NCBI GenBank assembly: GCA_023458835.1
Contig: JAEWWY010000585.1
Span: 1 to 30,664, forward strand
Reading direction: 5' to 3'
DNA from: Bacillota bacterium
Lineage (GTDB): Bacteria; Bacillota; Clostridia; Christensenellales; Aristaeellaceae
Length of the DNA: 30,664 nucleotides
Shown piece after piece: positions 8,966 to 17,268 of this stretch. Both the position numbers and the translations under genes were made by a program. How positions within the stretch are numbered: position 1 is the stretch's first letter; each line of letters opens with the position of its first letter. Below the pieces are notes generated by a model. That model ran no database searches. It had not been told where the DNA came from and worked only from the letters and a program-made list of their open reading frames with translations.

Positions 8966-10621
8966 CTATGGGTGGCTGTCATAGAAGGTACAGCCGCCGA
9001 TGAATTCCCGCAGGATGGAAAGTGGCGGTATCTCGCTTGACGCATCCGCCGGCATGGGCAGAAGATAGTGAAGCGTTTTGAGTAGCCGCCTGGACAGCAG
9101 GTAGTTGGGATTCTCAGGAGGGATGGCCTTCAGCAGGTCGTAGGCCACGGTCTTCAGCACCGGAAGCTCGTAATGGAGGGTGGTATTGAACATTGCGTCC
9201 GCTTCCTCCTGATAGGGAAAAATCCACTTGTCTTCCCCCCGGCGCACGCTCTCCCACATGCTCATGGTAGCATCTGGAATGGTGCCCCGGAACTGATGGT
9301 CCCGTACGATCCTGCGAAGCAGGCGCACGTCGGTGGTGCGGATGCGGTTGTGATCATCCAGGTTAACGCAGGTAAGGGCACTGACGTAGATCCTGAAGAT
9401 CATTTCCTTTGGCAGGCGCCCGGTCAGCAGCGGATTCAGGCCATGGATGCCCTCCACCATAATGGGCTGGTCCTCCTCCACATGAAGGGGTACCCTCGCC
9501 TCTTCCCGGCGCCCCGTTTGAAAGCTGAAGCGCGGCATCTGGGCTGTTTCGCCGGATAGCAGCCGTTTCAGGCAATCCTCAAACAAGGGGATGTCAATGG
9601 TATGTATGGACTCCAGGTCCACGGTCCCATCCGGCTCGGGGGGGATATCGGCCCGGTTCAAATAGAAATCATCCAAAGATAATAACGCGGGACGCAGCCC
9701 CAATACCTGCAAATGAATCTTCAACCGGTTGGAAAATGTGGTTTTTCCGCTGGAGGAAGGCCCGGAAATGAGCACAAGACGCGCCTTGCGCCTGCGAATC
9801 TCATCGGCGATGGCGGCGATGGACTTATCATGCAGCGCCTCATTGACGCGGATGAATTCCCGAAACCGCCCGGCGCGGATCATATCGTTGATATCCGAAA
9901 CGTTGGTGACATCCAGTATCTCGCACCAGCGCTGGGATTGGGCAAATATACGCAGGTGCTTGGGCCTTTGCACATAAGGCGCAGGAATGCCGGGATGATC
10001 CGGCCCGGGCATCTGAATCACCAGGCCGGGAGGGTGCTGCCGCAGCGAAAAGGCGGATACCCAGCCCGTGGAAGGAAGCATAGCCCCATAGAAATATTCC
10101 CACATACCGCCGCATTGGTATACCGGAAAATCATAATTGGGGCGATAGGACAAAAGCTGTACCTTGTCCTCCTGTCCTTCCTGCCGGAAGTATTCAATGG
10201 CCTTATCCCGGTTCCACAGTTCCTTTTCAAAGGGCAGGTCGCTTTGCACAATGCGGCGCATTTCATTTTCCAGGCGCTCTACCTGCTTGCCTGTCATGGA
10301 CTTGCCCAGCAGCTTCAAAAAAAGCCCGTAGCCTATGCTGTTGGCAATGCGCACAGGCGTGCCGGGAAAAAGCCGCCTCGCGGCCAAAAGAAACACGAAC
10401 CGCAGCGACCGCTCATAGATGCGGCGGCCCTCCTCATGCTGAAAGGTCACACAGGTCAAAGTCATGCCGTCGCTCAAGGGCTGGTTCAGCTCCAGCACTA
10501 CCCCGCCCCACATCAAGCCCAGTATTTGGTTTGCTTTCTCAGGCCAAAGCCGCCCTACCACCTGCGCCGCCGTGGCGTTTACAGGAAATGTCCCCTCGCG
10601 TCCATCCAAGGCAATCCTCAT
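8966..10621 (-). CDS. Nucleoside (uridine) kinase-like P-loop protein fused to N-terminal TGS/ThrRS-editing-like domains
   Basis: Walker A GPSSSGKTT, SLDDFY, VEGIHGLN, RLLRRIVRD, EDKWIFPYQEEAD (Udk/PRK fold). N-terminus EEGRRIYERSL...AARRLFP...SIGYGLF and LPSTG resembles the ThrRS N1/N2 region. Confidence 0.85.
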   Translation of the reverse strand: MRIALDGREGTFPVNATAAQVVGRLWPEKANQILGLMWGGVVLELNQPLSDGMTLTCVTFQHEEGRRIYERSLRFVFLLAARRLFPGTPVRIANSIGYGLFLKLLGKSMTGKQVERLENEMRRIVQSDLPFEKELWNRDKAIEYFRQEGQEDKVQLLSYRPNYDFPVYQCGGMWEYFYGAMLPSTGWVSAFSLRQHPPGLVIQMPGPDHPGIPAPYVQRPKHLRIFAQSQRWCEILDVTNVSDINDMIRAGRFREFIRVNEALHDKSIAAIADEIRRRKARLVLISGPSSSGKTTFSNRLKIHLQVLGLRPALLSLDDFYLNRADIPPEPDGTVDLESIHTIDIPLFEDCLKRLLSGETAQMPRFSFQTGRREEARVPLHVEEDQPIMVEGIHGLNPLLTGRLPKEMIFRIYVSALTCVNLDDHNRIRTTDVRLLRRIVRDHQFRGTIPDATMSMWESVRRGEDKWIFPYQEEADAMFNTTLHYELPVLKTVAYDLLKAIPPENPNYLLSRRLLKTLHYLLPMPADASSEIPPLSILREFIGGCTFYDSHP

Positions 10622-10695
10622 GACTGGATGTTCCTTTCTGCTGCTTAGAAGCCGGCAACGGATTCAGCTTGCCCCGCCATGATGTAAAGCTATGC

Positions 10696-11676
10696 TCAGT
10701 CCTCAAAAGGCATGCTGGAGCGGGCTCCCCGCTGCAGCAAAAGATCAGGATCCATATTGATTTTCCTTTGTGCCACCTGCAATTGCTTGGTGTGTACATA
10801 CGCCTTGTTCTGCTTTGTGGCCAGGGATACCATGGAGACCATGCTCACCTGCCCGTCCTCCATCAGGGCGAAGCGAAGCCTGGAAAACAGGCTACCGTGA
10901 CTTTTGCAGTTGGCGATAGCCACGTATTTATCCGGCGACTGGGGCACATAAGGCGCCTCCAGATTCGACCGCTGGCCGCACATGGGGCACTTGGGCTGCT
11001 GAGCCGCTTCGGATAAGAGCGCAGCGCTTATGGTGCCATAGGCCCCGGCGGGAGACCTGAGCCTTCGATTGCGCTCCACATGCAAAAGCCTCCTGGGCTG
11101 CTGGGCATAGCGAAGCACGGCTTCCTTATCGGGAAGGCGGCTGAAAACGAGGGCGGTATAATAGGCGTCATGCAGCGCGTTATGAAAATTTTTATCTTCC
11201 TGCGCCTCGATCTGCAAAAAATCCATGGCGGCCTTCAGGCCCTTCCGGTCCTTGCCCATTTCGAACACGTCGCTGAACAGCCGCTGGATATCGCACAGCG
11301 GCGGAAGCTGCAGGGAGCACTGGTGGAAATCCATGTTCTGCTTGAGCACCGATACATCGTCGCAGCCCCAGGTGAGCAGCAGATAATCCTCGCCGCACCA
11401 GGATGAAAATTGCTCCATGGCCTCCAGAAAGGTGGAGGCCCCTTCCAGCGTTTCATCGTCCAACCGGGTCATGCGCTTGATCCGCGGATGGATCTTCACA
11501 TAATGAACCGGCCGGATCGGCAGCGACAGCGTATCCACAATCTGCATTTCCTGATCCAGCTTTACGGCGCCGATTTGGATCATCTCAAACATCAACTGAT
11601 CCCCTACCGCCTTGAACACCGAGCTTTGGTAGGACATGGGCTGGTTCCATTCCAGATCGATTACAATATACTGCAT
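10696..11676 (-). CDS. DEDDh 3'-5' exonuclease (ERI1/KapD-like) with C-terminal Zn-ribbon-like extension
   Basis: Start moved to ATG 11676 (MQYIVIDLEWNQ; SD AAAGGTG). ExoI DLE, IQIGAVK, ExoII WGCDD, ExoIII HNALHDA; C-terminal CPMC...CKSH. Confidence 0.88.
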   Translation of the reverse strand: MQYIVIDLEWNQPMSYQSSVFKAVGDQLMFEMIQIGAVKLDQEMQIVDTLSLPIRPVHYVKIHPRIKRMTRLDDETLEGASTFLEAMEQFSSWCGEDYLLLTWGCDDVSVLKQNMDFHQCSLQLPPLCDIQRLFSDVFEMGKDRKGLKAAMDFLQIEAQEDKNFHNALHDAYYTALVFSRLPDKEAVLRYAQQPRRLLHVERNRRLRSPAGAYGTISAALLSEAAQQPKCPMCGQRSNLEAPYVPQSPDKYVAIANCKSHGSLFSRLRFALMEDGQVSMVSMVSLATKQNKAYVHTKQLQVAQRKINMDPDLLLQRGARSSMPFED

Positions 11677-11680
11677 CTGT

Positions 11681-12940
11681 CTATAACACCTTTGGTCCGT
11701 TTTCCATAAGATTTTTTGCCGCGCTGCGGCCGGCCAGCGCACCGGTGGAAAAAGCGATATGAAGGTTGAAGCCGCCTGTGTGCGCATCCACATCCAGCAC
11801 CTCCCCGGCAAAGTACAATCCGGGAACGAGCCTGCTTTCCATGGTGGCGGGAGATACCTGTATAGCGGTGACGCCGCCCCTTGTCACAATGGCTTCCGCA
11901 ATGGGCCGGGTACCGGATACGGGCAGCGGCAGCTCCTTCAAAAGGGCTTGCACTTTGGAGCGTTCCTGCCGGGAAATCTGGTTCACCCGCTTGTCGCCGG
12001 GGATGCCTGCCAGCTTCGGGAACAGTTCCGCCAGCCTGCCCGGCAAAAGCGCCGGCAAAACACTGCCAAAGCGCTTGCGGCTCATGGCCTCAAAATCCCG
12101 CAAAAGCCTTGCTTCCAGTTGCTCGTGTGTCAAGGCGGGCTTCAGATCCAATGTCATCTGCCAAGCCTCGGGCGGAAAATCCACCATGTGGCTGCTGGCC
12201 TCCAGCACCAGGGGGCCCGATATGCCAAAATGCGTAAAGAGCATTTCACCCTGCTCGCTGTACACCGTTTTGCCGCGGCACTTGGCTGTCAGACGCACGT
12301 TCTTCAGCGCAAGACCCTGCAAAAGAGCCGGCCAGCTTTCGCCGCAGGTGAGCGGCACCAGGGAGGGCTTGAGGTCGGTAACGGCATGGCCGATATCCGC
12401 CGCCAGGCGGTAGCCGTCCCCGGTGGAGCCAGTAGCGGGATAGCTTTGTCCGCCGGTAGCTATGATCACCGCATCCGCCCTGACCTCTTCCCCCGATTCC
12501 AGCACAAGGCCGCTTACGCGCCCATCCGCCACAAGCAGCTTTTGCACCCGTACGTTATACCTTGCCGAAACGCCGGCGCGCTGCATTTCCCCGGTCAAAG
12601 CCCGCGTCACGTCGCTGGCCTTGTTGCTCTTGGGAAACACCCGGTTGCCCCGCTCCGCCACAAGAGGGCAGCCCATGCTTTCCAGCAGCGCCATCAGGCT
12701 TTCCGGCGAAAGGAGGTGCAGAGCGCTGTACAAAAATTTGGGGTTATGGGGCACCTGGCTTAAAAACGCTTCCCGGTCGCACAGGTTGGTCACGTTGCAG
12801 CGGCCTTTGCCCGTGATGTAAATCTTTTTGCCCAGCTTTTCATTGCGCTCCAGCAGCGTAACCTGCGCGCCTTCCCTGGCTGCGAAGATAGCGGCCATCA
12901 TACCGGCGGCGCCGCCGCCCACGACTGCGATGCTACTCAT
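11681..12940 (-). CDS. HI0933/YhiN/BaiN family FAD-dependent oxidoreductase
   Basis: GGGAAGMMAA Rossmann motif, GKKIYITGKGRCNVTN, ATGGQSYPATGSTGDGY, LFTHFGISGP, VTRGGV, GLYFAGEVLDVDAHTGGFNL. Confidence 0.95.
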   Translation of the reverse strand: MSSIAVVGGGAAGMMAAIFAAREGAQVTLLERNEKLGKKIYITGKGRCNVTNLCDREAFLSQVPHNPKFLYSALHLLSPESLMALLESMGCPLVAERGNRVFPKSNKASDVTRALTGEMQRAGVSARYNVRVQKLLVADGRVSGLVLESGEEVRADAVIIATGGQSYPATGSTGDGYRLAADIGHAVTDLKPSLVPLTCGESWPALLQGLALKNVRLTAKCRGKTVYSEQGEMLFTHFGISGPLVLEASSHMVDFPPEAWQMTLDLKPALTHEQLEARLLRDFEAMSRKRFGSVLPALLPGRLAELFPKLAGIPGDKRVNQISRQERSKVQALLKELPLPVSGTRPIAEAIVTRGGVTAIQVSPATMESRLVPGLYFAGEVLDVDAHTGGFNLHIAFSTGALAGRSAAKNLMENGPKVL

Positions 12941-13799
12941 TTTCCTTCATCAGGTACACCTTGTTGGCATCCCAGATGCTCTCCAGTTGCTTGAAATGCT
13001 CGCTTAACTCTTCCCTGCGGTGCAGGCCCAGGGAAACGATCAGCGCGTTGATCACCGACAGGGGTGCGGCCAGGGAGTCCACAAACGAGGCCATGTCCGT
13101 CCTGGCGTTTAAGCATACATGGGCCACCTCCATCAGCGGCGACATAGGCCCGTCGGTAATGCCCACCACCTGGGCCCCCCTGGACTTGGCAAAGCGCATG
13201 CCTTCCAACGTGCGCGTGGAATACCTGGGGAAGCTGATGCCGATAAACAGGTCCTCCTTGCGCACCCTTGCAATCTCTTCAAACACGTCCGGGGAGCCGG
13301 TGGATACCAGGTGAACGTTGTCGAAAATATAGTGGAGGTAATAGCCCAGGAATTGGGCCAGGGGCGCGGCGGAACGAAGGCCCATCACATAGATGGTGTT
13401 GGCACCCAGCATGCGCTGCACCACATCCTCAAAGGCGGCCGCGTCGATCTCCTCAATGGTGGTCCGGATGTTTTGCATATCCGCCTTCAACACCGTGCGC
13501 AATACCGCGCTGCGGTCGATTTCCGAGGACATTTCAAACCGCTGCACCGCCGTGAGCCTGTGGCGGACCAATTCCTGCAGGGAGCGCTGAAGCTGCGGAT
13601 ACCCTTCATATCCCAGCGCCGCGGCGAAGCGCACCACGGTGGATTCACTCACACCAACATTCTCCCCCAAACGGGAAGCAGTCATGAATACCGCTTTGTC
13701 GTAATGGGCCACAATGTATTCCGCAATCCGCCTGTGGCCCTTGGAAAGGCGCTTGCCGCTCTGATTCAATCGACGAATGATATCCTGCATATCCTGCAT
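12933..13799 (-). CDS. MurR/RpiR family transcriptional regulator (HTH + SIS)
   Basis: LSKGHRRIAEYI, VGVSESTVVRFAAALGYEGYPQLQ HTH; SIS domain GLRSA, ISFPRYS, ITDGPMSPL. Stop overlaps the next start codon. Confidence 0.95.
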   Translation of the reverse strand: MQDMQDIIRRLNQSGKRLSKGHRRIAEYIVAHYDKAVFMTASRLGENVGVSESTVVRFAAALGYEGYPQLQRSLQELVRHRLTAVQRFEMSSEIDRSAVLRTVLKADMQNIRTTIEEIDAAAFEDVVQRMLGANTIYVMGLRSAAPLAQFLGYYLHYIFDNVHLVSTGSPDVFEEIARVRKEDLFIGISFPRYSTRTLEGMRFAKSRGAQVVGITDGPMSPLMEVAHVCLNARTDMASFVDSLAAPLSVINALIVSLGLHRREELSEHFKQLESIWDANKVYLMKENE

Positions 13800-13855
13800 G
13801 GGAATGAATCCTCCGCACCTGTTTTAGTGGCTGGCGTGTTGACATACCATCTTTG

Positions 13856-13884
13856 ATTATACTGGGATTTCCTTTAATTTGCAA
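13856..13884 (-). promoter_or_regulatory. sigmaA-type promoter for the rpiR operon
   Basis: Minus strand TTGCAA-17 bp-TATAAT. Confidence 0.75.
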
Positions 13885-13892
13885 GCAAGATT

Positions 13893-14645
13893 TCATGCAT
13901 CCTGCAAAAAATCAAGGCAATTCCTGGAATGTTCCGGCGGATGAAACAAAAATGTGCAAGTCACATGCCCCTTTTGCAGGAAGTACTCATCGCTGCCCGG
14001 CCGGGGCGGCTCGCGCTCAAATTCCGGCGTCACCCAAAAATATGTATCCCCCCGCGGGCTTTCCCGGCGCTCGTAAATGTTTACGTACATGCCGTGATTC
14101 ACCGGCGCCATCACAACAGGCAGCAGCTCCCGCGGCGGCAGCGCAGGGGCGTTCAGGTTGAGCACGCTCCCTGCCGGCGCGGGATATTCCATCAGCCTCT
14201 CCCCCATGTTAATGGCCAGGGCGGCCAGGTGTATCAGCATTTCTTCCTTCGCCGGGCTGTCCAGGGAAACAGCCATGGATTTTACGCCCAGCAGCGCCGC
14301 TTCCCGCGCCGCGCCTACAGTGCCGCTGCAGTAGATGGCGGTGCCGGAATTCAGCCCGTCGTTGATGCCGGAGATCGTTACATCCACCGGCCCCTCGGAA
14401 AGGTTCAAAATCCCCAGCCGCGCACAGTCCGCCGGCGTCCCGTCCAGGGCAAAAGCCCGGACGCCCTGGATGGAGACCGGTTTTACGGCGATGGGCCGGA
14501 AGAACGTCAGCGCCTGGCTAACGGCGCTTTGCTGCCTGTTAGGGGCGCAAACCGTGACCTGATGCCCCCTTTTTGATGCCTCCGTTGCAAGGGCGCGAAG
14601 GCCCGGGCTGTCGATTCCGTCGTCATTTACCAGCAGGATGTGCAT
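13893..14645 (-). CDS. surE: 5'/3'-nucleotidase SurE
   Basis: Start moved to ATG 14645 (SD AAGGAG): MHILLVNDDGIDSPG, QQSAVSQALT, DGTPADC, SGINDGLNSG...SGTVGAAREA, LNLNAP. The upstream extension in the ORF track is spurious. Confidence 0.95.
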   Translation of the reverse strand: MHILLVNDDGIDSPGLRALATEASKRGHQVTVCAPNRQQSAVSQALTFFRPIAVKPVSIQGVRAFALDGTPADCARLGILNLSEGPVDVTISGINDGLNSGTAIYCSGTVGAAREAALLGVKSMAVSLDSPAKEEMLIHLAALAINMGERLMEYPAPAGSVLNLNAPALPPRELLPVVMAPVNHGMYVNIYERRESPRGDTYFWVTPEFEREPPRPGSDEYFLQKGHVTCTFLFHPPEHSRNCLDFLQDA

Positions 14646-14802
14646 AAGGCGGTTTCTCCTTGCTTGCGTATTATACCTGTTTATCATACTACAGGAAGGA
14701 ATCAGGGGGCAAGCAAAACCGTCCGCCGGATCGTTGTCATCCTTCCTTTTTACATTTGCCCTTGAAAGCCTTCGGGATATGGCATGGTTTTGATGCCCAG
14801 CC

Positions 14803-14831
14803 TCATACTCCCCTCCCCGGGCGCATAGGCT
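14803..14831 (+). promoter_or_regulatory. Putative sigmaE (mother-cell) promoter
   Basis: TCATACT (14803-14809)-14 bp-CATAGGCT (14824-14831), close to the B. subtilis sigmaE consensus, upstream of SD AAGGGAGG. Confidence 0.6.
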
Positions 14832-14858
14832 TTGATTACAGACACCAAGGGAGGTGGC

Positions 14859-16037
14859 ATGTTGCAAGCCGCAAAACTTCAAAGGCTGTACATCCTCTTG
14901 CGCCCCTGCCTGAAGGGCGGGGGCGGCTATGCCCGTTTGGAGCAGATACGGGGCAAATATGCGTTGACGGTGAATGCCCATGGCTTTTCCCCGTCTGAGG
15001 AAGGGATACGGGTGCTGCTGGCCGCCAGGGAGGAAGGCGGAGGCGCGGCGGTATGTGACCTGGGCTCTTTGCCCATTTCCGACAAGGGCCTGTCCTCCCT
15101 GAAGCGGGAGATTGGCGCCACGCCGGGCGGCCTGCCCCTTTCTTCCTACAGCGCCATTTGCATTGCAAAGGATTGGCCCAATCCCAAGCTGCTGCTCATG
15201 GGTGCTTTTGAGGAAAATAGTTCCCTCTCCACCTACCTGATAGGGGAAACGGTATGCCGTTACTTGTCCGTTCCCACAAAAACAGGGGATGATGCATCCC
15301 TGGAACAAGATGCTCCGGCTCCATCAGCATCTTCGTCCGCACCGTCCGGGGCGCCTCGCCCGGCTGCCGCGCCGATCCAGGCGGCATACGACGTTCCGGC
15401 ATCGGCGGCTGCCCAGCCACAGCCCGGCACTGCCCCTGCCGCCGTGCCCACACCTTTGCCGGCCCCGCCGCCCAGTCTCCCGGCATTGCCTGTCAACCTT
15501 GACGCCCTGCCAGACGCCGCCCCCAAGGATCCCATCCCTTTCCCGTTGCCACGGTCCGTTTCATCTCCCAAGCCGTCACCCGAGCCTGTCCCGGTCCGGA
15601 CCGTGGCCTCCCTCCCTGCAGATGAACCGCTTGCAGGAAGCATTGATCAGGCCGTTTTCACCTCTGCCATTGAAAGGGCTGTCTTCCCGCCCGATGTTCC
15701 CGCCGCGGGCACGCCGGCCGGCCGGCCGCCTGTCAATGCCCTGCCCAGGCTGCAGTGGCCTGCCGCCGTCAAGGAGCTGGAAAACTATTTTTCCACCTAT
15801 CCGCCCTTCGCCCCCTTTGACGCACCGGGCTGGCGGTTCGTGCAGGTACCCATGGCCTCCGGAAGCACCATCCCCTATTATGCTGTAGGCATGCTGGCCC
15901 GGGATGGCAAGGTGACGCAAATCGCCTATGCCGTGCCCGGCGAGCGGGGCGCCCTTCCGCCGCCCGGCTTCTCCGGCTACCGCTGGCAGCAGGGCCGCAA
16001 CGGCCAGGGCTATTGGACACTCTGGAAGCGGGCGTAG
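14859..16037 (+). CDS. Hypothetical protein: N-terminal beta domain, Pro/Ala-rich linker, small C-terminal domain (possibly DUF6128-like, sporulation-associated)
   Basis: ATG 14859 with strong SD; long low-complexity P/A linker; C-terminal YAVPG...GYW motif. Family call from memory and tentative. Confidence 0.7.
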   Translation: MLQAAKLQRLYILLRPCLKGGGGYARLEQIRGKYALTVNAHGFSPSEEGIRVLLAAREEGGGAAVCDLGSLPISDKGLSSLKREIGATPGGLPLSSYSAICIAKDWPNPKLLLMGAFEENSSLSTYLIGETVCRYLSVPTKTGDDASLEQDAPAPSASSSAPSGAPRPAAAPIQAAYDVPASAAAQPQPGTAPAAVPTPLPAPPPSLPALPVNLDALPDAAPKDPIPFPLPRSVSSPKPSPEPVPVRTVASLPADEPLAGSIDQAVFTSAIERAVFPPDVPAAGTPAGRPPVNALPRLQWPAAVKELENYFSTYPPFAPFDAPGWRFVQVPMASGSTIPYYAVGMLARDGKVTQIAYAVPGERGALPPPGFSGYRWQQGRNGQGYWTLWKRA

Positions 16038-16049
16038 AGAGAAAGATTG

Positions 16050-16087
16050 ATGGGGAAGGCTCCCTTTGAAACAGGAGCCTTCCCCAT
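16050..16087. terminator. Hairpin between convergent genes (probable bidirectional terminator)
   Basis: Perfect 14-bp stem ATGGGGAAGGCTCC (16050-16063) / GGAGCCTTCCCCAT (16074-16087). Confidence 0.75.
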
Positions 16088-16128
16088 ACTTTCATATAGA
16101 GAATCACAAAGCTTGCATTAAAATACCT

Positions 16129-17013
16129 TCAGACATCAATTCCCAATATCTGCTTGGCGAGAAAACCGATGACAAAGGAAACAGCCGCGACCGAGAGCGA
16201 GATAAGGGCCATTTCACCGAAGCGGCGAAGAAACGGCTCTTCCTTGGCCACGGAGATATAGTAATTGAAAAGAAGAATGATCAGCAAAACCGCGGCGATC
16301 ATCACCGCAAAAGCGGCAATATACAAATGCGGGGGGAACAGCAAGTAGGGCAGAACGAGCACCGCCACGGTAATCAGGTATGCCGCGCCCGTATAAGCGC
16401 TGGATTTCAGCGCGTTATGGCTGCCCTGGGCACGCTCGGCCAGATAATTTGATGCCGCCATGGAAAGGGTCGCCGAGATACCGGTGATGATGCCGGTCAT
16501 GGCAACCAGCCGGGTATCCGTAAGGGCAAAGGTCACACCGGCGATCGCTCCGGTCAGCTCCACCAGCGCATCGTTCAGGCCCAGAACCATTGCGCCTACA
16601 TAATGCAATCGTTCCTCATCCAGCATGCCGTACAGCTCTTCTTCATGGCGGCGCTCGTCACGGAGCATGGCCGCGGCCTGAGGCAATTCCTTTTGCAGCT
16701 CTTCATAATCCGCTGAGGCGAACCCTTCTTCCCTTTGCATGGTTTTCACCACAAAGGTAAAGCCCAGCAAAACTGTCAATACCTTCATAAAAAGGAGCTT
16801 GCCCATGGGCGGGCGCAAGTCTTTCCCGGTCAGAGTCCTCCACACGGCTGCATGGTTTTTCTCCTCCTGCGCCATTTGCAAAAGCACGCGTTTGTTTTCC
16901 GCCTTCTTTTCGCGCTTTGCCATAAAGGCATACATCGCGGCGCCGGTCTCCTCATCCTTCTGCGCCTTTTTAACCCTTTCCAGCAATTCGGGAGACAGCC
17001 GTGCATTGCTCAC
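16129..17013 (-). CDS. Rubrerythrin/ferritin-like domain fused to VIT1/CCC1 transporter (MbfA-like iron exporter)
   Basis: Likely GTG start at 17013 (SD GGAGGG 7 nt upstream). Diiron-type motifs DEETGAAMY, EEKNH, DERRH; VIT1 signature VLGLNDALVELTG and SMAASNYL; about five TMs. Confidence 0.88.
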   Translation of the reverse strand: MSNARLSPELLERVKKAQKDEETGAAMYAFMAKREKKAENKRVLLQMAQEEKNHAAVWRTLTGKDLRPPMGKLLFMKVLTVLLGFTFVVKTMQREEGFASADYEELQKELPQAAAMLRDERRHEEELYGMLDEERLHYVGAMVLGLNDALVELTGAIAGVTFALTDTRLVAMTGIITGISATLSMAASNYLAERAQGSHNALKSSAYTGAAYLITVAVLVLPYLLFPPHLYIAAFAVMIAAVLLIILLFNYYISVAKEEPFLRRFGEMALISLSVAAVSFVIGFLAKQILGIDV

Positions 17014-17104
17014 TATTGAACCCTCCAGTTTCATTCGTTGTATCATTCATGCAGGATGCGCGGGAATCTGTCCGGCCGGCACCTGTATGCTTTTTCCAGG
17101 GACC

Positions 17105-17113
17105 ATTATACCA
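17105..17113 (-). promoter_or_regulatory. Extended -10 promoter for the VIT1 gene
   Basis: Minus strand TGGTATAAT (TGnTATAAT); weak -35. Confidence 0.55.
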
Positions 17114-17203
17114 TATCCGCCTGCTCTTTCATACAGGACAGACGCGGGCGGCATCCGCCTGCCAGACCTTTGTACCGCCGCCCCGATTCAATTCAGACGC
17201 CGA

Positions 17204-17231
17204 TTGACAAAGCCGGAATTCTTTGTACAAT
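17204..17231 (+). promoter_or_regulatory. sigmaA-type promoter for galM
   Basis: TTGACA-16 bp-TACAAT. Confidence 0.7.
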
Positions 17232-17268
17232 AGAGAACAGCGACCAAAAAGAAAAGGAGGAATTTTCC

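Noticed and set aside
11759..12763. 334-aa antisense ORF, and similar ones at 3437-4246, 9713-10648 and 17188-18246
   Set aside because: They fully overlap well-supported genes on the opposite strand, as expected at this GC content.
13839..13863. Plus-strand TTGACA...TATACT antisense promoter
   Set aside because: The spacer is only 13 bp.
14646..15308. N-terminal extension of the surE ORF in the track
   Set aside because: It overlaps the divergent gene and promoters; the true start has an SD and the SurE N-terminal motif at 14645.
15300..15620. Tandem DNA repeat in the Pro/Ala-rich linker
   Set aside because: Low amino-acid complexity only; no periodic nucleotide repeat is visible.
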